This document shows positions 9,368 to 20,300 of a stretch of DNA of 64,000 nucleotides, piece after piece. Position 1 is the stretch's first letter, and each line of letters opens with the position of its first letter. The DNA lies in assembly GCA_903857255.1 (NCBI GenBank), contig CAIODY010000091.1, positions 11,831-75,830 on the forward strand, written 5' to 3'. Source of the stretch: an uncultured bacterium (GTDB lineage: Bacteria; Bacteroidota; Bacteroidia; Chitinophagales; CAIODY01). Made by a program: the position numbers and the translations under genes. The notes beneath the pieces are model-generated. The model made no database searches and had not been told where the DNA came from. It saw only the letters and a list, made by a program, of their open reading frames with translations.

Positions 9368-10339
9368 CTAACTTTCTTCTTTTCTATTATTTTGAAACAT
9401 CGAAAACAAAACCGAGCCACCCAAACCCATTACAATAATCAATAGCGATAGGTAAGTAGGGGTATGGATGTTTAAAATTTCGAGCAACATTTTTACGCCG
9501 ATAAAAATCAAAATCAACGAAATGCCTTGTTGCAAATAAGCAAAGCGTTTGATAATATTACTCAACAAAAAAAACATCGACCGCAAACCCATAACCGCAA
9601 AAACGTTACTGCTGTAAATAATTAATTTATTTTGAGTAATGCTAAACACCGCAGGGATGCTATCAATGGCAAACACTACATCGGTAGTGGCAATTATCCA
9701 GATGACTAAAAACAAAGGGGTATAAAATTTTTTATCATTTTTGATGATGGAAAATGAAGTGGCTTTTACATCATCGCTAAAAGGCAAATATTTTTTCAGC
9801 CAACGGTATATCATGTTTTTTTCGGGCGAATAATTATCATCGCCATCTTCCTCATTTTCAAAAAATATTTTTACGCCTGTATAAATTAGTATCACTCCAA
9901 AAATGTACAATATCCAATGAAACTGCCCTACTAATGCGCTTCCTAAGCCTATGAAAATACCTCGGAAAATTATTGCGCCGATAATGCCCCAGAATAAAAT
10001 GCGCTGATGCGAACTTTGCGGCATTTGAAAATATTTCAAAATAAGGATGAACACAAAAATATTATCAGCCGATAGGCTCCATTCCATTAAATAACCACTA
10101 AAAAATTGTGCGCCGCTTTCATGTCCTTTTATCAGCCATAAAATACTGCCAAATGCAATAGCCATGATAAACCAAAAACCAGTTTGCAGCAAAGTGTTTT
10201 TAAAAGTAGGCGTATGATTTCGTTTTTGAAACAAACCCAAATCGAGCAGGATGATAAATATGAGCAAAACGCCAAAGCCAGCCAATAAGCTTTGTTCGGA
10301 TATTTTTGTGAGATTAAACAACAACGGTTGATGATACAT
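9368..10339 (-). CDS. TerC-family integral membrane protein
   Basis: Multi-pass membrane protein with TerC-family hallmarks (LLDLGLFQKRNH..., SLSADNIFVFILILKYF, DSIPAVFSIT). The track starts at a TTG (10345). The ATG at 10339 is the more likely start. Confidence 0.85.
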   Translation of the reverse strand: MYHQPLLFNLTKISEQSLLAGFGVLLIFIILLDLGLFQKRNHTPTFKNTLLQTGFWFIMAIAFGSILWLIKGHESGAQFFSGYLMEWSLSADNIFVFILILKYFQMPQSSHQRILFWGIIGAIIFRGIFIGLGSALVGQFHWILYIFGVILIYTGVKIFFENEEDGDDNYSPEKNMIYRWLKKYLPFSDDVKATSFSIIKNDKKFYTPLFLVIWIIATTDVVFAIDSIPAVFSITQNKLIIYSSNVFAVMGLRSMFFLLSNIIKRFAYLQQGISLILIFIGVKMLLEILNIHTPTYLSLLIIVMGLGGSVLFSMFQNNRKEES

Positions 10340-10361
10340 AAGCAACGCAGCAAAAGTATTG

Positions 10362-10508
10362 AACCCAAATTAAGCGGTATGATTTTTTATGAAAAAGTTA
10401 TTAAGTTAATGGTTATCCGTTATAAGGCAATACCATTGTATTCCCAATAACTTATTTAATTCAATAACGATTAACTTTTTTGTTTTTGTTCTACTGCTAA
10501 TTTGGGTT
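10362..10508 (-). promoter_or_regulatory. structured 5' leader of the TerC-family gene: a 13-bp long-range helix encloses about 120 nt
   Basis: AACCCAAATTAAGC (10362-10375) is complementary to GCTAATTTGGGTT (10496-10508), with one bulged A. An internal hairpin AAUAC-AAUG-GUAUU is present. The proximal arm lies 23 nt upstream of the ATG. The class is unknown: it could be a riboswitch-like leader or a MITE-like inverted repeat. Confidence 0.3.
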
Positions 10509-10625
10509 TACATGAATTCAAGAAAATAAATTTGCAAATGTGTTGGGCAAGTTATTATCTTCACTTCTGCATTTTTTTTCCACCCGTTGGAAAAACAAAT
10601 TCTAACTTGCTAAAACCACTGCAAT

Positions 10626-11075
10626 ATGGAAATTTTAAAAATTATCAAATCCACTGTACCACAGCCTATTGAAGTGGAAGCCATGCTTAATTTGCTATAT
10701 TCATCTAATTGGGTTTTGTCCAATCTGAATAAATTTTTAAAACCTTTCGGTATCACCCAACAGCAGTATAATGCTTTGCGAATTTTAAGAGGGCAGTATC
10801 CCAAACCAGCCAATGTAAAATTGGTTCGTGAACGATTGTTGGTGAAATTAAGCGATACATCACGATTAGTTGACCGCTTGGTAAAAAATGAATGGGTTAC
10901 CCGAAAAATTAATAAAAGTGATGGGAGGGCTGTAGATATTATCATCACCGAAAAAGGATTAGCCTTATTGAAAACAATTGATGAAGCGGAGCCATTAATG
11001 CTAAAAATTATGCAAAATCTTTCCGAAGCCGAACTGCATCAACTCAGTAAATTATTAGAAACTTTAAGAGGCTAA
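10626..11075 (+). CDS. MarR-family transcriptional regulator
   Basis: 149 aa. The winged-helix region reads ITQQQYNALRILRGQYPKPANVKLVRERLLVKLSDTSRLVDRLVKNEWVTRKINKSDGRAVDIIITEKGLALL. Confidence 0.85.
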   Translation: MEILKIIKSTVPQPIEVEAMLNLLYSSNWVLSNLNKFLKPFGITQQQYNALRILRGQYPKPANVKLVRERLLVKLSDTSRLVDRLVKNEWVTRKINKSDGRAVDIIITEKGLALLKTIDEAEPLMLKIMQNLSEAELHQLSKLLETLRG

Positions 11076-11325
11076 AAACTCCTATGTTTTCTCGTTGAAA
11101 TGTTGACAAAATGTGGACAATTGATTTTGTTATTTTTTGGCATAAGGCTATGACTGGTGTTAAATTTGCGTAATGTTTTAAGTAAAAATGCTTAAGCTAA
11201 ATTTAATTATTGCTTAATGCCAAACACGATGATAAATAGCTGATTTATACCAAATTTTGCATTGCTTTTTGAAAACCCTATATTCATAAACCCAAACTCA
11301 ATCAACTAAACTCAATTTCATCCTC

Positions 11326-14300
11326 ATGAAACGAAACCTTACCCGTTCGCTTTTAGCTACTGCTTTCTTTTTTATTTTCTGTCTTGTCACTTCTAATGAT
11401 AGTTGGGGGCAGGTTACACTAAGTGGCACTTCGTATACCCAAAATTTTGATGGGACTACACTTCCAACAGGGTGGAGTGCAAGGGATAATGCAACTTCAA
11501 CTACTTTAGGCTCAAGCACTAATACGCCAGCTACTTCCAACACTTGGGCTTCTACTACTGGTGAGTTTAGATTTTGTGCTTCTGCCAAAACTCCTTTAAC
11601 AGCTTCTTCTACCTCAACAGCTCAAAATAATGCAACAGATAGGTGTTTAGCAATTAGACCTTCTGGTTCATTTGCTGATCCTGGTCAATCGTTTAGTTTG
11701 CAAATTGCAAATACAACTGGTTTTACATCATTTAGTATTTCTTTTTCAGCACAATTATTAGACCCTCAGGTAAGAACATCTACCTATGCTGTTCAATATG
11801 GATTAGGAACTAGTCCAACAACTTGGACAACTGTTGGCACTACCTTTACAGATCTAGGAATTAATAGTGGGTCTTGGGGCGCTACTACCATCTCTAGAAG
11901 CTTTTCAAGTTCATTAGACAATAAAAGTGGGAATGTTTGGATAAGAATAGTTTGTTTGACTGCTTCATCTGGGTCAGGCAGTAGATGTACATTTGGAATA
12001 GATGATGTAAACTTAACTTGGTCAGGACCTACAAACTATTATTGGAATGGTAGTAACACATCAGCTTTAAGTGGCAATTGGAACACCAGTTCTAACTATT
12101 TTAGCACACCCACTGCTACCACTACTTTAGCACCATGGGTAGATGGTTCATCGAATACTGCTAACTTTCAAACAGCAAATGGTGGTACAGTTACTTTAGT
12201 AGCAAATCGTACATTTAATCAAGCGAATGTTTCAGGGACCAATTTCATTTTTTCCACCGCAAATGGTGGTGGTTCGGGTTATCAATTAAATGGACCAATT
12301 GTTTTGGCTGCTAGTGCTGCACTTCAAATGCCTGTTGATAATAGTTTAACCAATGACGCAACATTAGATTTATTAGGTAATCTATCAGGTGGTAGTTCAT
12401 CGGCATTGAATATCCGTTGCAATACAACAACAGCTGCAAATTCTTCCAGAATAAATTTGGCAGCAAATAACGTTGCTGTTTCAGTTCCTACAGTCAATAT
12501 AACAGGTTCTGGGACATCACAGGCAGGTTTTGTAGCTACTGCAACTGGCACTACTGTTTCATCAAACATTGTAAACAGCTCTTCTGCTGCAACTATGATT
12601 GGTGCTACGGGAAGCAACGATATTACCATAACAGGAAACATAAGTGGTAGCGGTTCGGTTTTGTTTGCTGCAGGGCAAAATGGAGGTAATGGAAACATTA
12701 CATTAACCCCATCTACCAGTAATACTTATAATGGCACCACTTATTTTAATGGTGGAACTGGGATAGTTAAATTAGGCAATGTAAATGGATTGTCTTCTTC
12801 ATCGGATATTGTGATGGGTGCAAACTCTACTTATGGACAAACATTAGATTTGAATGGCGTAAGCCCAACATTTCAATCATTAGCTTCAAATGGTGGAACA
12901 GGAAGTATTACTAACAACTCAACTTCAGCCAATAGCACATTAACTGTGAATCAAACCAGTACAAAAACATTTGGATTGGTAATAAGCGATGGCTCTAATA
13001 AAACAACAGCCTTCACAAAAGCGGGTTCGGGTTCACTCACCTTAAGTGCTGTTAATACCTACACAGGCGGAACATCAGTAAGTGGTGGAACATTAGTGGT
13101 TTCAGGCAACACCTCTGCTTCAGGAGCTTACACTGTTTCTAACGCAACATTAAATATTACGGGCACACCAACAGTTGCTGCAAGCTATAACTTAAATACA
13201 AGTGGTACTTTGTTAATCCTAGGTCAATCGAATACAGGAACAAATCCTGGAAGTTTTACTGCGGCTTATATTAGCATGAATGGTGGCACAATTCAATGCA
13301 ATGCCAGCGGAATTGATTTTAGCAATTCATCAGCAAAATATAAAGGAATCACGTTGAATAGTGGCGGTGGCACAATGGATGCCAATGGCGCAAATACAAT
13401 AACTTTGCAGCCAACAATTACTGGAACTGGCGCATTAACACTTACCAATTCCGGTGCGGCAGGCGGTGTAATAGTAATATATCAAGGTTCGAACAATGGA
13501 ACGGTTGGTTCTTTAGCCCACACTTATTCAGGTGGAACAACAATAAATGGTGGAACAAATGGTGTAACTGTAAGATTGGGTAGTGCACAGGGCTTACCAA
13601 CTACAACAGCGTTATCATTTTCAAATACTGCAAACACCACCTTTGATATGACAAACAATGGCGCAGGAAATTATAATCAACAAGTTTTTTCATTGTCTGG
13701 CGGTGGTTCGAATGGTGGAAATATTAATCTTGGGTCAGCAACATTGGCTGTTTCAGGTACTCAAACCACAAGCTATTCAGGAGTAATCAGTGGAACAGGT
13801 GGAGTAACTTGCTCAAGTAGCAGTGTGCAAACGCTTGCAGGCTCTAATACTTATACCGGAACTACATCAGTTAGTGGCGGCACTTTAACATTAAGTGGAA
13901 CAAATTCTTACAATGGTTCTTTAATCACAGGCGGCACATTATCGGTAAGCGCAGATGCGAATTTAGGAACAGCACCCGGCTCACCAACAACAAATATAAC
14001 TTTGGGTGGCGGCACATTAAGTGCTACATCAAGTTTTACATTAAACACCAATCGAAAAATAACTTTAACCAACTCGACCAGCAGCAACATTGATGTGGCT
14101 TCGGGGCAAACATTGTCTTATGGCGGAATTATTTCAGGTGGTGGAAATTTATCAAAAACATCCGCAGGCATTTTAACATTAAGTGGTGCAAATACTTACA
14201 CGGGCACAACTACAGTAAGTGCAGGCACTTTAGGTTTGAATGGAAGTTTAACATCGAACACAACTGTTAGCAACGGTGCAACATTATCTGGAACAGGCTC

Positions 14301-17300
14301 TACAAGCGGAACATGTAGTATTTCAGGAACCATTAGTCCTGCAGGGTCAGGCACAGCAGGCACTTTGAGTACTGGTAATTTTACTTTTGCTAATGGAAGT
14401 GCTTATACTTTGGATATTACAGATGTTGGCACAGCAAGCACCAATTGTGATAAAATTGCAGCAACAGGTACTTTTGCAATTGCTACAACAACCACTATTA
14501 ATGCTACTTTCAGTGGAAATGCCGTAACAAATTTTATTCCTACAACAACTTACAGTTGGATAATCGGAACTTATACTTCAGGCACACCATCTATCGGAAC
14601 AGTAACTGTGAATGCAAGTGGAGTTACGACCCAAGGGCAATTCACAGTGAGTGCAAGCGGCGGAAATATTTTATTGACTTATACACCAACCACCATCACC
14701 ATTTCATCACAAGCCGCATCAGCAGCTAATTTGACGCAAAATACTACTAACAACAATATCTATACTTTGATAGGAACGGCATCTGGAGCTTCGGTTACAG
14801 TTACTTCAGTAACATTCAGCGGAACATATACTGCTGCTGATTTAACGAATTTCAAATTGTATTACAACACAACAGGAACATTCGGAACAACAACACAATT
14901 GGGCAGCACAATTACTTCAATACCGACAAGCGGAAACGCAATAACTTTTTCAGGTTTCAATCAATCTATTGCTGTTGGCACTCCAGGATATTTTTATTTA
15001 AGCACTGATATTCCTTGCGCTGCAACAGGCGGAAATACTTTACAAATCAACGCTGTAGCTACTACTGACATTGGAACAACCTCGGCTGTGGCTGGTTCTA
15101 CATCCGCTGGTTCAAGTTTTAGTGTGGTGGCAACTACGCCAAACAATATTGCATCGGTTACACCAACAGCAGGTAATAACCAAGTGTCAGTTGCATTTGC
15201 AACGCCAAGCGGTTGTTATAGTGAAGTGATGATAGTTGCTACAGCCACTAATGCCAACAACAATGGTACACCAACAGGCAATGGAAGTAACTATACTGCC
15301 AGTTTAACTTATGGAAGCGGAACTGCTTTTGGAAATGGATTTGTTGTTTACAAAGGCTCAACTTCACCGCAAGTGGTAACTGGATTGACAAACGGAACGC
15401 TTTATTATTTCAAAGTGTTCACAAGAAACGGAACATCGTGGAGTAGCGGTGTAGAATCAAGTGCAACGCCAGCATTAATACCTGCAACTATTTATCAGCA
15501 AGGATTTGAAAGCGGGACTTTATCATCACCAAATTATTCTGGCGGAGCCACGATGGATGCTAATTTGAGCAATTCGAATTGGACAATAGCTGCAGGAACA
15601 TTACAAACATTTCAGGGTAGTGGTGGCACTGGAACCAAAGCTCTTGGCGTATCAAGTGGAAGTACATCCACACCTTACACACTTACTTTTTCCGTAGCAA
15701 GTGGCTATCAACTTTCAGTAACATCTTTTAGTTTTTGGAGCAACACTTCTTCAACATGTGCTGTAAGTTCAATAACCATTAACGGTATTACAATTACATC
15801 GGGAACAATTTCATCAACAACATCTTCTTCGGGTGTAAGCACTGGAACTTTAAGTGTTGCAAATACAGTTTCAGGTTTAACAGGAACAATTACCGTGGTA
15901 GTAAACATAACAGGTTCAGGTTCTTATAGAATTGATGATTTCACTTTAATAGGAAATGTAACTACAGTTCCAAACTATTATTTAGCAGCTAATACAGACC
16001 CAACCGTTGCTGCCAATTGGAGCACCAACACTAATGGAATTGGGGGAACTCAACCTACGTCAATGACTGCACCCGGATATTGGTATGTAACTCAAAACAG
16101 TAACACACCAACAACAACTTGGACAAACAGCTGGCTGCCAACAGGAACTGTCTATGTAGCTGCAGGTAGCACATTTAACATTGCAGGCACGATGGATTTG
16201 AGCAGTTCAACACAAATTGTTGCTTTAGGTTCTTCAGCTACGATTAATACAACTGCACCCGGATACATCAAAACCAGCAACAGCAGTGGGTTTTATGGCA
16301 GCACATCTACATCAATCAGCAATGCTAATAGTCCAACCATCAGCTTGAATAACGCATCAACAGTAGAATATTATGGCACAAGCACTCAAACTGTAACTAC
16401 AATTGTAACTTATGGAAATGTGAAATTCACTGGCAGTGGCGGCACTTACAACATTTCATCAGCTTTAGGAACAAGCGGTTCGCCTTATGTTTTTGCCAAT
16501 GGCACTTTAACCTTATCGGCTGGAACGCTTTATTTATCAATTGCTGCGGCTAATACAAGTTATATTTCGGTAGGAAATATTTCAATCATAGGTGGCACTT
16601 TAGATAATAATTCAACAGTTTCAGGAAATTCATGTTATTTGTATGTAAGTGGTAACTGGTCGCAAAGTGCAGGCGTAGTGCAGTTTTCAGGAACTGGGTA
16701 TGGCAAAATAATTTTTAATGGTGGAGCTTCATCTTCCTATTCAGGATTAATTTCCAGCTCAAGTTTTACTTATTGGTTAATGCAAGTTACCAACTCAACT
16801 TCATTAACATTAAATAGTAATGTAGCATTGAATGGATTTACAAATGGCACCAATGTTTTTACACTTGACTTAAGCTCAACTTTGATTGATGGCGGATATA
16901 CAATTTTAGCCAACAACTCAAGCGGAACCGCCAGTGGTAATGCTTTTGTGATTAGCGGCAATTATAAAGCAAGCAACAAAAATGGTTTTTCAGGAACGGT
17001 GTCAACAATTATTTCAACTTCATCAACCTCATTGCAACTTAGCAGCAGCACTTACAATTTAATTTCTTTAGGAAGTTCATCAACTGTTGAATATGCAGCA
17101 ACAACAGGCACACAAACAGTTAGCGCAAGAAGCGATTACAACAATATGACATTATCAGGTGGCAGCGCAAAAACATTAGGCGGCGCATCAACTGTGTCAG
17201 GCGTTTTAACTTTGACTAATGGAATTTTGACAACTACTTCTACCAATTTATTAACGCTGACAAATACTGCAAACACAGCAATATCAGGCGGTTCAACTAC

Positions 17301-20300
17301 TTCATTTATTAACGGACCAATCACTTGGACATTGGGAATTGCATTAACAGGCACTTACATCGTTCCAGTTGGGGTTACCTCAACTTATTATCCGATGGCA
17401 TTTGCAGCAGGAACAATCTCAAGCGGAAACCCAACTATCAATGTTCAAGCATTTTCTACATCACCAACCGGAACAGCTGATGGCAGCACGATTGCAGCCG
17501 TTGGAACGGAATATTGGAAAGTTATAACTACTGGTTCAACATTTGCTGTGTCATCATTTTCATTAGCAAAAACTACCAGCTTAGGTTCGATGAATGTCAT
17601 TGCTAAAAGCACTACCAATGCGGCTTTGAGCTTCTCAAGTATTGGTGGAAGTTCGGGAACTGTGAGCAGCACAACTGGTTTAGTGAACAGCAGCAGCGGC
17701 TTGAATGGTGCATCAACACTGTATTTGTGCTTTGGTCAAACATTTCAAACTTATTATTTATCAACTGGTGGCGCAACAAATAATTTAACTGATTGGTTTA
17801 GCAATAGCAATGGAACTGGCTCTAATCCTACATCTTTTACAGGTGTTGGCATTTATTGGAACATCATCAACAACACTTCAGTAACTAATGCAGCAGCTTG
17901 GACTTTGGGTAGCAATTCAAAAATAATTGTGGGCGATGGAACAAATGCAACAACGTTCACCATTCCATCATCAGCTGCTATCACAGGCACAACGGATGTT
18001 TCAAACAATGCTAACGAAATTATTCAATCTTCAAGCATCCCAACTTTCGGAACAATTTCAACAGGCAGCACTATTACTTATGACGGCACATTGGCGCAAA
18101 CCATTACTGCTGCTACTTATTACAACCTAACTATTTCAGGAAGCCGTGCTGCAAATGTGATTACATTGCCTTCACGACAAATAACAGTGAACAACACCTT
18201 TGACCCAAGTGCTTATAGTTCAACAGCATCTACGCCAGTAGTTGTTGGTACAGATACTTTCAACTTTAGCAGTGCATCGGCACAAACAGTTCCTGCATTT
18301 TATTATGGTAGGTTAAATTTAGGAACAGGACCGAGAACTTGGGCTTCAAGCGGCATCATTGATATCAATCAAGGATTTACGCCAACTTCAGGAACTAATA
18401 CGATTACAGGCAGTACTATTAGGTATTCAAGCAATTCATCGGGTTGGCTTTTATCATCATTCGCTACCAACATTTCGGGTTATCAATATAACAACTTGAT
18501 GTTTTCGGGCAGTGGTTCATGGTCAATGAATAATTTGGCATTAAAAGTGAAAAATGATTTGACAGTTTCGGCTGGAACATTAATCTTAAATGGTTCATCA
18601 TCCGCATCCAATGCGGTTTTTACGGTGGATGGAAAAGTAACTTTAAGTGGTGGAACAATTTTAACAAACAGCAATACCACTTACACTTCAACATTTAATA
18701 TCGGCGGAGATTTTACTTTGAATGGCGGAACGCTTACTCGTTCAGCCAGTGCTGCTGCGGCTTTAGTAGTTTTCAACAGTTCATCATCTACACAAAATTA
18801 TACACAAACATCGGGAACAATTTCTGGGACAATGTCAATTAATGTTGGAACGGGTTCAACAACCAACATCTTGAAATTGGCTTCCAACATGACTTTGGGC
18901 TCGGCAACAAGCAACAACATCACTGTAAATGTTTTGAATGGTTCAGCGATTGATTTCGGAACAAATATTCTTTCACAAAATTCAACAGGTGGCATTTTCA
19001 ATTTGCAAAGCGGCGCAAATTTGTATTCAGGAAATGCAAACGGAATTGTGGCAACGATTCCAAATACAGGTTCGGTGCAGGTTTCAACAATTACTTACAA
19101 CACGGCTGCGAATTATTTTTACAACGGCAGCGTTAATCAAATCACAGGAAGCGGCTTGCCGACTACTATAAATAATTTGACGATAAATAATTCAGCATCA
19201 AGCGGCGTTGTGAGCTTAACCAATTCTACAGCACCTAACAATTTATTTTTGAATAATGGCTATTTCAAAATTCCTTCGAGCATTAATTTGAATATGCCTA
19301 CAAGCAGCGTCATTACTGCAAATGGTGGCGATTTTGAATCTTCATCATCAGGTAATATTAATTTTGCTGGAAGCAATTTGATAAGCGGCGTTGTGAGCCT
19401 TTACCCAATTGTAAATGTAAATGGTTCAGTTGATTTTGGTAGTGCTTCGGCAATTTATAGCACAATGAAAATGAATAATGGTGGCAGCGTAATCAACAAT
19501 CCACCATATTATATCGCAGGTTCAACATTACAATACAACGCATCTACCAATCGTGGATTAGAGTGGAGTGCAACAATTAATCAAGGCTATCCATACCATG
19601 TTCAAATTAGCAACAGCATCACCTGCAATGCCAGTGGTGGAGCGGCTTCTACGGCTCGTCAATGCGGTGGAAATTTAACGATTGATAATGGTTCAACTTT
19701 TACCATGAACACAACTGCTGACCAAATGACTGTGCCAGTAACTGTAAAAGGAAACATGAACATCAATGGAACACTTGAATTATCGGGCGTTGCAGGTGGC
19801 GATTTAGTAGTAAAAGGAAATTGGACAAGAGCCAGCGGTGCAACATTTACACAACATCATCGTAAAGTAACCTTTGGTGGCGCATCACCTCAAACTATTG
19901 CTGCACCAAATATTTCGGCTGAAACCTTTGATGCCATTGCAATTAACAATACTTCTAACGGCACTAACAGTGGTGTGTTGCTGGCAAATGGGAATAATTT
20001 AGTAGTAAATGATAGCTTAATTTTAACTAGTGGAAAATTAAATGTAGGCAGTGGTGAAGTACAAATTTTAAGCACTTCGGTAAACGCTATTCAAGGTCAT
20101 GCAAGCATAAGCAGCAATCCAGCGACATCTAATTCATTTGTAGTTGGTGCAATTCGCAGAAAAATTTCAACCACAGCGGCTGCTTATGATTTCCCATTAG
20201 GAACTGATGCAGATAAATATGAAGTAGCGCAAATCAATGTGAATAGCAATGTGGATGTGGATAATTTGAAAGCAACGTTCAATCCTTTTGCCACAGCTGC

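Noticed and set aside
10346-10520. A yybP-ykoY manganese riboswitch upstream of the TerC-family gene.
   Set aside because: The context is right and a closing helix exists. I could not find the conserved core strings expected for this class (GGGGAGUAG-like and UUGACAUA-like segments), so I do not claim the specific class. I kept it only as an unclassified structured leader.
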